DNA of 64,000 nucleotides, taken from positions 4,064-68,063 of the forward strand of contig CACHTH010000004.1 of NCBI GenBank assembly GCA_902582695.1, in the 5' to 3' direction. The stretch comes from an uncultured Candidatus Actinomarina sp. (GTDB lineage Bacteria > Actinomycetota > Acidimicrobiia > Actinomarinales > Actinomarinaceae). Of the stretch, positions 54,797 through 64,000 are shown piece after piece (positions within the stretch are counted from its first letter, which is position 1; each line of letters begins with the position of its first letter). A program made the position numbers and the translations under genes. Below the pieces are notes generated by a model. That model ran no database searches. It was not told where the DNA came from and worked only from the letters and a program-made list of their open reading frames with translations.

Positions 54797-56068
54797 TTAA
54801 ATTACTATATTTTCTGTTCTCTCAGGCCCAACAGAGATGAACGTAATGGGTACTTCAATAAAGTCTTCAATTGCTTTTATATAAGTTTGTGCATTTTTTG
54901 GTAAGTCTTCAAAATTCTTAACTGAGGAAATATCTTCTGTCCAACCATCAAAAGCTTGATAAACAGGCTCAGCTTTATAGTGAATACTTTCTTTATATGG
55001 ATAATCTGTAAAAAGCTCATTTTCATATTTGTATCCAATACATAAATTTATTTCTTCTAGTCCTGAGAGAACATCAAGTTTAGTTATAAATAGCTCAGTT
55101 AAAGAATTAACTCTTACTGAGTACTTCAAAGAAATTAAATCAAGCCAACCACATCTTCTTCTACGACCTGTAACAACACCAAATTCTGCCCCCTTTTCAA
55201 TTAGGTAGTCACCAATTTCATTTTTTTGTTCTGTTATGAATGGCCCACTTCCAACTCGAGATATATATGCTTTTGTAACTCCAACAATACGATCTATATT
55301 TTTTGGACCAACTCCAGATCCAATAGCAGCATTTCCTGCAGATGTATTTGAGCTAGTTACAAATGGATAAGTTCCATGATCTATGTCGAGCAATGTACCC
55401 TGGGCTCCTTCAAATAAAATTGTTTTGTTCTCTTTAATAGCATTTTCAATTAAAAGTGAGGTGTCTTTTATATGATTAACGACAATATCTCTATAACCAT
55501 TAAATTCTTCAATTATTTCTTCAGCTACCAAAGGAGGGCGCTCATAGATTTTTGTAAGAGTGAGATTAGTTTCTTCAATATTTGATTTTACTTTTTTTTC
55601 AAATACTTCATGGTCTAACAAGTCCTGTACCCTTATGCCACGTCTCTGTATTTTGTCTGCATAACAAGGGCCAATTCCTTTTTTTGTCGTTCCTATTTTG
55701 TTTTCTCCTAAACTTTCTTCGATTAACTCATCAAGTAATTTGTGATAGGGCATTATAAGATGAGCGTTTGGTGAAATAGCTAACTTCTCAGTATCTATGT
55801 TTTTATCTTCTAACATTTTGAGCTCTTGCTTTAAAAAGCCCAAGTCTATTACACAACCTGAACCTATTACCGGAACACAGTCAGGATATAGAACTCCAGA
55901 AGGCGTTAAAGACAGAGCAATTTTATCTTCTCCAACTACAATTGTATGACCAGCATTGTTTCCACCTTGAAATCTGACAACAAAATCAGCTGTTGAAGCA
56001 AAAAAATCTGTGACTTTACCCTTACCTTCATCTCCCCACTGGGCGCCGAGAACTACGGTAGTGGACAA
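54797..56068 (-). CDS. purA: Adenylosuccinate synthase
   Basis: GAQWGDEGKGK P-loop, GNNAGHT and GTTKKGIGP. Confidence 0.95.
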   Translation of the reverse strand: MSTTVVLGAQWGDEGKGKVTDFFASTADFVVRFQGGNNAGHTIVVGEDKIALSLTPSGVLYPDCVPVIGSGCVIDLGFLKQELKMLEDKNIDTEKLAISPNAHLIMPYHKLLDELIEESLGENKIGTTKKGIGPCYADKIQRRGIRVQDLLDHEVFEKKVKSNIEETNLTLTKIYERPPLVAEEIIEEFNGYRDIVVNHIKDTSLLIENAIKENKTILFEGAQGTLLDIDHGTYPFVTSSNTSAGNAAIGSGVGPKNIDRIVGVTKAYISRVGSGPFITEQKNEIGDYLIEKGAEFGVVTGRRRRCGWLDLISLKYSVRVNSLTELFITKLDVLSGLEEINLCIGYKYENELFTDYPYKESIHYKAEPVYQAFDGWTEDISSVKNFEDLPKNAQTYIKAIEDFIEVPITFISVGPERTENIVI

Positions 56069-56268
56069 TTTTTTCTCCTTAGATACAACATAAAATAATA
56101 ATGCAGTTTTCTTCTAAACAGTAGGGGTTTCTTAGCGAATTTAAATTAAATTGCAAACAGTTTGTTTATTTACATAATTTTTCATTGATACAAAAATCTA
56201 ACTATATTAAATTAATAACATACGGCTTCTAATGAAGCTGTCTACTTTTAATTAAAAGGAGATAAACA

Positions 56269-57348
56269 TTGAATAAAAAAGCAATTGTTTTTCTTTTAGT
56301 ATTTGCAATGGTAATCGTCGCTTGTGGAGACACAACCGAAGAAGCTGCTGTTGAAGCTACTGAAGAAGAACATGACCACGAAGGGGAATCAACTCTTGAA
56401 CAAGTTCAAGAAAGAGGATTCCTTAAGTGCGGTGTTAGCACCGGTGCAACTGGATTCACTGAAGTAGGGGACGACGGTTCTTATTCAGGATTTGACGTTG
56501 ACTACTGTTATGCAGTTGCTGCTGCTGTTTTCGGCGATTACAGTAAAGTTGAATTTAAGCAACTTACTGCTGCTGAAAGATTCACAGCACTTAGCGCTGG
56601 TGAAATCGACGTGTTAATAAGAAACACAACATGGACTCAAAGCCGAGACACTGAGCTTGGTAATGATTTTGGACCAACAACTTACTTTGACGGTCAACAA
56701 TTAATGGGTAGAGTTTCTGATGGACTTTCTTCATCTTCAACTCTTGCTGACATTGATGGACTAAGAGTATGTACAAATGCTGGTACAACCACTGAAAAGA
56801 ATATTACAGAAGGTGCTGGACTTGTAGGAGCTACTATTGAGCTTGTTACAGTTGAAGCATTCTCAGAAGCAATTGACAAGTTCATTGCTGGTGAGTGTGA
56901 TATTGTAACAACAGACGGTTCAGGATTAGTTGGTAGAAGAGCAGTTAACGATGCTCTTAATGACTGGGCAATTTTCCCACAATCACCAATTTCTAAAGAA
57001 CCATTAGGTCCAACATACAGATCAAATGATAGCCAATGGGCTGACATCATTAACTGGGTTGTTTATGCAACAATCATTGCTGATGAGTATGGAGTTACAA
57101 GAGCTAACATCGACTCATTTGACTATGATGCTGCACCAGAAATGGGTAGATTATTTGGTAAGAATGACGGAGAGCTTCAAACAAAGATGGGTCTTAGTGC
57201 TGATGCGTATTACAACGTTGTAAAGCAAATCGGTAACTACGACGAAATCTTCTCACGAAACCTAAATCCATTAGGTCTCTACAGAGAAGGTGGAGCTAAC
57301 GCTCGCTGGACAGAAGGCGGATTAGTTTACGCACCACCAGCAAGGTAA
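56269..57348 (+). CDS. General L-amino-acid ABC transporter substrate-binding lipoprotein (AapJ/BztA-like)
   Basis: TTG start with an AAAGGAG SD. Signal peptide with lipobox VIVAC. Family-3 SBP pattern. G+C visibly above the local background. Confidence 0.8.
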   Translation: MNKKAIVFLLVFAMVIVACGDTTEEAAVEATEEEHDHEGESTLEQVQERGFLKCGVSTGATGFTEVGDDGSYSGFDVDYCYAVAAAVFGDYSKVEFKQLTAAERFTALSAGEIDVLIRNTTWTQSRDTELGNDFGPTTYFDGQQLMGRVSDGLSSSSTLADIDGLRVCTNAGTTTEKNITEGAGLVGATIELVTVEAFSEAIDKFIAGECDIVTTDGSGLVGRRAVNDALNDWAIFPQSPISKEPLGPTYRSNDSQWADIINWVVYATIIADEYGVTRANIDSFDYDAAPEMGRLFGKNDGELQTKMGLSADAYYNVVKQIGNYDEIFSRNLNPLGLYREGGANARWTEGGLVYAPPAR

Positions 57349-57370
57349 TTTTTACCTATTTATAATTAGT

Positions 57371-57393
57371 AAAAGGGGCTTTTAGCCCCTTTT
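57371..57393 (+). terminator. Intercistronic hairpin (partial terminator or mRNA stabiliser) between the SBP and permease genes
   Basis: AAAAGGGGCT-TTT-AGCCCCTTTT, a 10-bp stem whose 3' arm ends in T4. Confidence 0.55.
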
Positions 57394-57431
57394 ACTTTGA
57401 ATATAAAAACTTAATCTGATAGGATTTATTT

Positions 57432-59231
57432 ATGAAAAATGCGCTTAAGACACTTTCGTTTTTTAGAAACGTAGTTTTTCTTAAGTGGGCTTCTCAAATT
57501 GTATTTTTAGTAGGCCTTCTTTACATAATTTGGAGCTACATACAGAATGCAGTTGTTAATCTTGAACAAACCAATATTGCTTTTTCATGGGGATGGTTAG
57601 GAGAAACACCAGGGGTTTCCATTGCAGAAGGAATGTATACCCTCCCTAATTCAGGTCGTCAAATGATCCAAGTTGGAATGTTAAATATGTTAAGGGTCAC
57701 AGTTACAGGCATATTTGCAGCAACATTTTTGGGTACATTTCTTGGTATTGCACGTTTATCAAAAAACTATATAGTAGAAAAAACTTCAACAGGTCTGTTA
57801 GAGGTTGTTCGTAATGTTCCCCTATTAGTACAAATTTTCTTTTTCCAAGCTTTTGTATTGACTTTTCCTAGATTAGAAGTTTTTGATGTAGGAACATACA
57901 ATATTCATGTAAGTGCAAAAGGTATCGCTTTCCCTTGGTTAAATAGGCAACCTACAGCATATTTATTTTGGGTTTATTTATTAGCTATTTTTATTTTGGC
58001 TAACAAAATATATAAGTGGAGAGTACAAATTCTTGAAAGAGAAGGTAGAGAGACTAGGCCTTTTCTTTGGTCAGTTGGAATCTTTTTTGGATTACTGGTT
58101 GCTGGCTGGTATGGAGGATATCGAGTTATGGGTGTTATTGGATTCTTAGCTGGATATATTTCAACTGGGGTCGATCTTTTACCTGCTATTTTTTATCAGA
58201 TACTTTTTTCTTCGGTTGCAGTATTCATTGGTTTTAGGTCTACAAAGAAGTTTATCGATAGCAAAAAATCAGAAGAAGCACAGGGAATTTATAGCGATGA
58301 CGATTACTTTAAAATTATATTAAATGTAGTAGTTGTATTGCTAGTCGTTGTCTTAATGTTTTCTTCTGTAGGGTTAGGACTTTCTAACTTCTTAGTTGGT
58401 GACGAAATTGTTTTCAAAGCAGATTGGGGGGTTCCTCAATTTTTTGACGGTGTAAATAATAAACTTTATTGGAATCCTGAAGCAAAAATTGTATTAGAAG
58501 CTCAATTAGATGGTATGAAAAAAGCCGAAATCGTTGATTGGATTGCAGATCCAGGAACAGAAGTCACAAAGGGCGATGTAGTAGCAATAGTTACTGCAAA
58601 AGACTTGAAAGGTGATTTAAATCAAGAGATTTCCATTAATGCAAAATATACAGGTGTAATTGAAGAGGTTTTTGTCTCTAACGGAGATACTATAAAAATT
58701 AACGATAAAACATACGACATTCGAGTAACAGACAGCAAGCCACTAGAGTTATCAAGACCAAAAGTCGAACAAATTGGAACTACTAAGTTTAAAAGATATG
58801 CTGAAGGATTTGGCAAGAGCCTGTCTGTGGGGTATTTTGCTATTTGGCTTGGCGTCGTTCTCTATACTGCGATATTTATTTCTGAAGTAGTAAGAGCTGG
58901 AATAATGGCAGTTTCAAAAGGACAATCTGAAGCAGGTCTTTCTCTTGGGCTTGGACGTGGTGCCCTATTGAGGCTAGTAGTTTTACCACAGGCAATTAGA
59001 GTAATGCTTCCACCAATGGGTAATCAGTATCTAAATCTTGCCAAGAACACGTCTTTAGGTATAGCAGTAGCATATCCAGAAATTGTTGCAGTAGGTCAGA
59101 CTTTATATAACCAAGAGGGACAGACACTACCAGTATTTTTAATCTGGATGGCGTTTTACAGTACAGTAAGCTTGACTATTTCAACAATAATCAATTATTA
59201 CAATAGAAAAATGAAGATAGTGGAGAGGTAA
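57432..59231 (+). CDS. Amino-acid ABC permease (AapQ/BztB-like) with extra TM segments and an inserted lipoyl/biotinyl-like barrel domain
   Basis: 599 aa. Conserved ARLSKNYIVE..VVRNVPLLVQ and C-terminal YTAIFISEVVRAGIMAVSKGQSEAG...LPQAIRVMLPPMGNQYLNLAKNTSL (EAA-loop region). The insert spans about aa 340-440 (see findings). Confidence 0.8.
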   Translation: MKNALKTLSFFRNVVFLKWASQIVFLVGLLYIIWSYIQNAVVNLEQTNIAFSWGWLGETPGVSIAEGMYTLPNSGRQMIQVGMLNMLRVTVTGIFAATFLGTFLGIARLSKNYIVEKTSTGLLEVVRNVPLLVQIFFFQAFVLTFPRLEVFDVGTYNIHVSAKGIAFPWLNRQPTAYLFWVYLLAIFILANKIYKWRVQILEREGRETRPFLWSVGIFFGLLVAGWYGGYRVMGVIGFLAGYISTGVDLLPAIFYQILFSSVAVFIGFRSTKKFIDSKKSEEAQGIYSDDDYFKIILNVVVVLLVVVLMFSSVGLGLSNFLVGDEIVFKADWGVPQFFDGVNNKLYWNPEAKIVLEAQLDGMKKAEIVDWIADPGTEVTKGDVVAIVTAKDLKGDLNQEISINAKYTGVIEEVFVSNGDTIKINDKTYDIRVTDSKPLELSRPKVEQIGTTKFKRYAEGFGKSLSVGYFAIWLGVVLYTAIFISEVVRAGIMAVSKGQSEAGLSLGLGRGALLRLVVLPQAIRVMLPPMGNQYLNLAKNTSLGIAVAYPEIVAVGQTLYNQEGQTLPVFLIWMAFYSTVSLTISTIINYYNRKMKIVER

Positions 59232-61033
59232 TGGTTGATTTAATAAAAAAGAACGTGAAGTCATTACAAGAGAGCTTGTTCTCCTCAGTTGGATCTGCAG
59301 TTTTAACTATTGCTACAACTTATCTTGTAATTAATTTTTTCAGAGGCATGCTTGGTTTTGCATTAACATCGGATAAAGATTGGCTTGCGGTTTTAAACAA
59401 TATGCAGCTCTACATGGTGCAAGCATATCCCGAGGAAGATTTTATTAGAGTTTGGCTATCAGTTGGACTTACTTTTGTTCTTGCAGGATTATCCATTGGT
59501 ATTTGGAGAAGTGATGATAGGGTAAAAAGTTCACAGATATTTAATTCATTTTTCAAGGGTGGCCTTGGTGTACTGTTCTTTACAATTATTGCTCCAACAA
59601 ATGCAAGCTTCATGGGAAACGACGGATCGGTCATAACAGAAGAAGTCTTTTCTATGGATACAAGGTTAGGAATCTTAATTCCGATTGCTGTTTTTTGCGT
59701 AATATTTTTCAGTATTCGATTTACAAATGTTAACTTTACCGTTAATAGTTCTGACATGGTTTTCTTTTATTTATTTATTCCAGTAGCACTTCTTTGGTTT
59801 GTGAAACTTCCTACTATTCAACTTGATCAAAATAATGAAAGAATTATTCCTGATCCTGTTATGCCTATAGCTGATACTACAAAAATTCCTTGGACAGTTA
59901 TTTTTGTATCATTTTTACTTAGTTATTTTATTGGGATGTATCTTAAAAATATAAAAAGTATTAAGTCAGTCATATCTTTGTCTTGGTTTCTATTACCTCT
60001 TTTAATTTTTTCTTGGATTTTCAAAAAACCACAAATTGATATGTCAGTTGTGCTCGGCAGTGACCTTCCTATTTTTGGCGTTTTCTTACTTTGGGGCTTT
60101 CTTGTAATTACTTTTGTAAACAACTCTATATTTAAAAAATATTACTCGACTTACTTAGGGGTGACATTCTTATTAACACTTGTTGGAGTGTTTTCCGGTT
60201 TACCAATGTTGGCTAAAACTTGCTTACTTTTAATAGCTTTGTTTTCAGTTGTAGTACCAGCAGTATCAACCTCCTCACAGGGTAAAAGAAGTCTTTTGAT
60301 TGTGTGGGCTGTTGCATTGGTCACCCTTACCTTTTTGCTTAGAGGAGGAGCATCAGACACTGGTATAGTTGTTCCTGGTTCAAGTATTTTTGGAGGTTTT
60401 TCCTTAACATGGCTACTGGCCATATTTGGAACATACGTTTCGTTCCCGCTTGGAGTTTTATTGGCACTCGGAAGAAACTCAAAACTACCAATAATTAGAA
60501 TTGTGTGTACTGGAATTATTGAATTAACAAGGTCAGTGCCGTATATAACTTGGCTATTTTTTGCAAGCGTTACGTTAGCTGTGTTTTTACCTGCAGGAGT
60601 TGAATTCAACTTAATAGTAAGGGTCTTAATGGTTACAGCTTTCTTCAGTGGAGCATACTTTGCAGAAAATATCAGAGGAGGTCTTCAGTCCATTCCAAAA
60701 GGACAATACGAAGCTGCTGATGCAATAGGAATGAGTCCATTTCAAAAGATTTCTTTAATCATTATGCCACAGGCCTTAAGAGCAGTTATACCTACTCTTG
60801 TTAGTAGTGCTATTACAGCTTTTAAAGACTCAAGCCTTGTAACAATTATTGGATTATTTGATTTCCTCACTATTGGAAAAACTGTCATTGGAAATCAATC
60901 TATACCTGTAAACTTTGTTGGTCATGATAGAGAGAATTTAATTTTCGTAGCAATTGTATATTGGATATTTACATTTACGCTTTCAAGAAGAAGCATGAAA
61001 GTTGAAAAGAAGTTAGGATTAGGAGAGAGGTAA
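59231..61033 (+). CDS. Amino-acid ABC permease (AapM/BztC-like), expanded N-terminal membrane region
   Basis: 600 aa. C-terminal core GAYFAENIRGGLQSIPKGQYEAADAIGMS...MPQALRAVIPTLVSS. About 390 aa of TM-rich sequence precede the core. Confidence 0.8.
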   Translation: MVDLIKKNVKSLQESLFSSVGSAVLTIATTYLVINFFRGMLGFALTSDKDWLAVLNNMQLYMVQAYPEEDFIRVWLSVGLTFVLAGLSIGIWRSDDRVKSSQIFNSFFKGGLGVLFFTIIAPTNASFMGNDGSVITEEVFSMDTRLGILIPIAVFCVIFFSIRFTNVNFTVNSSDMVFFYLFIPVALLWFVKLPTIQLDQNNERIIPDPVMPIADTTKIPWTVIFVSFLLSYFIGMYLKNIKSIKSVISLSWFLLPLLIFSWIFKKPQIDMSVVLGSDLPIFGVFLLWGFLVITFVNNSIFKKYYSTYLGVTFLLTLVGVFSGLPMLAKTCLLLIALFSVVVPAVSTSSQGKRSLLIVWAVALVTLTFLLRGGASDTGIVVPGSSIFGGFSLTWLLAIFGTYVSFPLGVLLALGRNSKLPIIRIVCTGIIELTRSVPYITWLFFASVTLAVFLPAGVEFNLIVRVLMVTAFFSGAYFAENIRGGLQSIPKGQYEAADAIGMSPFQKISLIIMPQALRAVIPTLVSSAITAFKDSSLVTIIGLFDFLTIGKTVIGNQSIPVNFVGHDRENLIFVAIVYWIFTFTLSRRSMKVEKKLGLGER

Positions 61034-61039
61034 TAACTT

Positions 61040-61768
61040 ATGAGCATAATTCAAACAAAAGATGTCAAAAAATGGTTTGGAGACTTCCAGGCTCTAAAAG
61101 GCATCACTATGGATGTAGCAGAAGGAGAAGTTCTTGTTGTCTGCGGACCTTCAGGTTCTGGTAAATCTACATTTATTAGATGCATTAACAGACTTGAGCA
61201 ACACCAAGAAGGCCAAATAATTGTTGACGGTATTGAGCTTACAAATGATTTAAAGAACATCGAAGCAATTAGATCTGAAGTTGGAATGGTTTTCCAAAGC
61301 TTTAATCTATTCCCACACTTAACTGTTATGCAAAACATTACCCTTGCGCAGATATGGGTTAGAAAAAAGAATAGAGCTGAATCTGAAGAAAAAGCAATGG
61401 AATTATTAGAGCGAGTTGGAATTCCTGAGCAAGCACAAAAATTTCCTGGACAACTATCTGGTGGTCAGCAACAAAGAGTTGCAATTGCAAGAGCTCTAGC
61501 AATGGAACCAAAAATTATGCTTTTTGATGAGCCTACTTCAGCATTAGATCCTGAAATGATTAAAGAAGTATTAGATGTTATGAAAGAGCTAGCCAAGTCT
61601 GGAATGACCATGATTGTTGTAACTCATGAAATGGGCTTTGCTAAAGAAGTTGCAGATAGAGTAATGTTATTTGACGAAGGCATGTTAGTTGAAGAAAATA
61701 CTCCAGAAGAATTCTTTAATAATCCAAAGAGTGATAGAACTAAATTATTCCTAAGCCAAATACTTTAA
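61040..61768 (+). CDS. Amino-acid ABC transporter ATP-binding protein (AapP/GlnQ-like)
   Basis: Walker [10 protein letters not shown], signature LSGGQQQR, Walker [13 protein letters not shown]-loop VTHEM. Confidence 0.95.
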   Translation: MSIIQTKDVKKWFGDFQALKGITMDVAEGEVLVVCGPSGSGKSTFIRCINRLEQHQEGQIIVDGIELTNDLKNIEAIRSEVGMVFQSFNLFPHLTVMQNITLAQIWVRKKNRAESEEKAMELLERVGIPEQAQKFPGQLSGGQQQRVAIARALAMEPKIMLFDEPTSALDPEMIKEVLDVMKELAKSGMTMIVVTHEMGFAKEVADRVMLFDEGMLVEENTPEEFFNNPKSDRTKLFLSQIL

Positions 61769-62907
61769 AGTTGATCCCAAAGGTTTTTTTCAGCTAAATC
61801 AATGATGGAAGCACCCATTGCGTATGCACCATCATATATGGCTTTATGACCACCTTCAGTTAATGTAGCTGCAGCATATTCAGGTTGGTGATTAACAGCT
61901 TCTTTTTCTCCAATTCCAAGCATTGGGTGTATTGATGGAAAGATTTGGGATACATTTCCCATATCAGTAGAACCCAAACCTGGTCTAGTGGCATCTTTTT
62001 GTAATATCATTTCTCTACCTACATCTTGTGCATTTTCCATGAAGAGCTTATACATTGTTTCATTGTTATTAATTTCTTCATATCTGTAATCAGGTGATGT
62101 AATTTTTACTTCACACTTTGTTGATAATGCAGCAGCATTAGCAAAGTTATAGAAGTCTTGCTCCAGATTGTTTAACCCTTCTTCATTTAGCGATCTTAAA
62201 TACCATTCTGATTTTGTATATGATGGAATTATATTTGGTTTAAAACCCCCATCTCTTATTACACCGTGCATTCTGTTGCTTTGTACCATTTGCTGTCGAT
62301 AGGTTGATGTATTAACGAACAGTTGTATTTGTGCATCTAAGGCATTGATTCCTTGATCAGGCGCTCCAGCAGCATGTGCGTCTTTACCAAAATACTCGAC
62401 TGTGTATTGTTGAATAGTCGTAAACGTAGGATTCACCACATCTTCATATCCAGGATGAATCATCATTGAGCATGAAGCGTCCTCAAACGCTCCTTCGTTA
62501 ATAAGAATAATTTTTCCACCCCCACCTTCTTCAGCAGGAGTTCCTAAGAGCTTTACTCTAATCCCTAATTTTGAAGCTATGTCCTTTAAACCCAATCCAG
62601 CCCCTATAGAAGCTGTTGCAATAATGTTATGTCCACATGCATGGCCAATTTCAGGCAAGGCATCATATTCAACACATATAACTGTAAGAGGGCCCTCTTC
62701 CCCAAATGTAATATCAAAAGCTGTTTCAAGACCATGTGAGGGGTAATTTACAGATTTTGAATTTTTTTGAATATAGTCAACTAAATATTTTGATGTTTTG
62801 AATTCTTGAAATCCTAATTCTGGGTTTTCATACATCCAATCGCTGACGTCACACAAGCTTTCAAATAAACCATCCAAACAATTTTTAAATTCATTTTTAT
62901 AACTCAT
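61765..62907 (-). CDS. M20D-family amidohydrolase (AbgB / aminoacylase-like)
   Basis: 380 aa with [15 protein letters not shown] and HP motifs. Confidence 0.75.
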   Translation of the reverse strand: MSYKNEFKNCLDGLFESLCDVSDWMYENPELGFQEFKTSKYLVDYIQKNSKSVNYPSHGLETAFDITFGEEGPLTVICVEYDALPEIGHACGHNIIATASIGAGLGLKDIASKLGIRVKLLGTPAEEGGGGKIILINEGAFEDASCSMMIHPGYEDVVNPTFTTIQQYTVEYFGKDAHAAGAPDQGINALDAQIQLFVNTSTYRQQMVQSNRMHGVIRDGGFKPNIIPSYTKSEWYLRSLNEEGLNNLEQDFYNFANAAALSTKCEVKITSPDYRYEEINNNETMYKLFMENAQDVGREMILQKDATRPGLGSTDMGNVSQIFPSIHPMLGIGEKEAVNHQPEYAAATLTEGGHKAIYDGAYAMGASIIDLAEKNLWDQL

Positions 62908-64000
62908 GAATTGATTCTACTAAAGTAGTCTTCATCGTACACACTGGAATTGTTCCAAATTATCCAATCTAGGCCTTTATCTTCTGCTGCTTTAATATTC
63001 AACCTTACATCTTCTGAAGAATGCCAAAACCCTTGAAGAAAAGGTCTCAAGCTTTTTTCTTGTATCCCTCTAGAAAGCCCATCATTTAATGCTGCCGTAA
63101 CAACTTCATAAGGGAAATTATTTGGATAACTGTATCCAAAAGAGCCTTTAGAGTAATGAGATGGATAGACCATAGGAGAAATAAAGTCTACAGTATTCAC
63201 TATTGTTTCTAAGTACTGCCCTATACCGTTGTCATTCTTTGAATTAAGTACATATCCAAATATATCTGCAGAAGCTAGGCACCCATTGTCATGCAACAGG
63301 TTCGTAGCATTTTGTAGAAATGAATTAATATTTTTTGTCCTGTTTTCAAAATTGCTTTCCTCATCATAAACTAAACCTTGATAACTTGTATCAGGATATC
63401 TTATATAATCAAATTGAATCTCATCAAAACCGAGTAAACACGCTTCAAGAGCAACGTTTAGAATGTACTCTCTGCTTGCACTATCACTTGGATCAAGAAA
63501 GTACTGACTGTCTTGAGAATAAGGTCTGCCTGTTTTAATATCTGTGATTGCAGATTCAGGATAGGTTCTTGAAAAGATAGGATCTTGAAAAGCAACGACT
63601 CGACCAATTAAATAAATATTAAACTCCTCTTTAAAGGACTTTAAAGTTTGATTATCGTATTTAATTCTTTCATTTTTTAACCTCTCTACTTCTGAGATCT
63701 CACTGTCATAGAGTAAATGACCATTATCTGATTTAACATCAAGAACTATTGTGTTCACAATGGTGTTTGACAGAATTACTTTTATTGGATTAATTTTCTC
63801 GTCTTTTAAAAAATGATAACCACTTAGATATATTCCTTTAATACCACTATTAGTTTCACTGAATTTCTCCCACCTGTTTAGAGCGATATATTCATTAATG
63901 TCTTTTAAATTTTCTTTTTGAGTTTCTTCAAAATTATTAAACAAGTTGTCATGACTATTTGTTAAAGCTTGTAATTTCTCACTGATCAATTGCTTTTGAC
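62904..64000 (-). CDS. Putative glycoside-hydrolase-like TIM-barrel protein (DUF4015/GHL type), possibly 5'-truncated by the window edge
   Basis: GFDEIQFDYIRYPD motif. The reading frame stays open upstream of the TTG at 63989 to the window end. Confidence 0.5.
   Translation of the reverse strand, partial: QKQLISEKLQALTNSHDNLFNNFEETQKENLKDINEYIALNRWEKFSETNSGIKGIYLSGYHFLKDEKINPIKVILSNTIVNTIVLDVKSDNGHLLYDSEISEVERLKNERIKYDNQTLKSFKEEFNIYLIGRVVAFQDPIFSRTYPESAITDIKTGRPYSQDSQYFLDPSDSASREYILNVALEACLLGFDEIQFDYIRYPDTSYQGLVYDEESNFENRTKNINSFLQNATNLLHDNGCLASADIFGYVLNSKNDNGIGQYLETIVNTVDFISPMVYPSHYSKGSFGYSYPNNFPYEVVTAALNDGLSRGIQEKSLRPFLQGFWHSSEDVRLNIKAAEDKGLDWIIWNNSSVYDEDYFSRINS

Noticed and set aside
56185-56213. 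Candidate sigma-70-type promoter TTGATA-N17-TAAATT upstream of the SBP gene
   Set aside because: The spacing is plausible. However, such hexamers occur frequently by chance in AT-rich DNA, and actinobacterial promoters often lack a clear -35 box. It is not supported well enough to list as a feature.
1-64000. CRISPR arrays, IS elements, integrases next to the tRNA genes, prophage or defence-system genes, long direct repeats
   Set aside because: I saw none while reading both strands. The tRNA loci are flanked by ordinary housekeeping genes, and no repeat-spacer periodicity or transposase- or recombinase-like ORF is present. An exhaustive repeat search by computer was not possible.

Overview
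This is a 64-kb, very AT-rich and tightly packed chromosomal segment. Spot counts of single 60-nt lines give about 22-47% G+C. I read about 70 protein genes, 6 tRNAs (Ile-GAT, Ala-TGC, Ser-GGA, Ser-TGA, Ser-GCT, Arg-ACG) and one TPP riboswitch. I found no rRNA, CRISPR array, transposase, integrase or prophage genes.

The gene content points to a streamlined actinobacterium, probably planktonic. This is inferred from gene content only and was not checked against any database. The supporting genes are CrgA, a PknB-type kinase with 4 PASTA repeats next to a PP2C phosphatase, a 31-aa bS22-type ribosomal protein, a PAC2 protein, ask-asd, dcd, and tadA followed by a tRNA-Ser x3 / tRNA-Arg(ACG) cluster.

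Most of the window is housekeeping:
- Information processing and cell envelope: serS, dnaX, murJ, lnt.
- Nucleotide and amino-acid metabolism: purA, purB, lysC, asd, dcd, glpD.
- Metal handling: copZA.
- Also two ABC systems and several peptidases.

Things I think deserve a second look:
1. A 7-gene operon (8907-12880) made only of paralogue pairs of small polytopic membrane proteins interleaved with ABM/Dabb-like alpha+beta-barrel proteins. It contains no recognisable enzyme, transporter or regulator.
2. An uncalled Rdx/SelW-like gene (49143-49379) with an in-frame TGA at the CxxU position. The TGA is embedded in two alternative hairpins, and the gene is translationally coupled to a TauE/SafE permease.
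3. A 14-codon leader ORF with three Trp codons (MYKVTNWNWWTLHM) plus an intrinsic terminator upstream of a TrpB2-type gene. That gene is paired with a PpsA-like ATP-grasp protein.
4. A TPP riboswitch in front of a sodium:solute-symporter-family transporter.
5. An AapQ-like permease carrying an inserted lipoyl/biotinyl-like barrel domain.
6. A TadA whose first zinc-ligand Cys is Asp, sitting next to its substrate tRNA-Arg(ACG).
7. An A9 run in dnaX with immediate stops in both alternative frames.
8. A perfect TGTGA-N6-TCACA palindrome upstream of a small zinc-ribbon gene.

All functional calls come from motif recognition by eye. None has been verified by a search.
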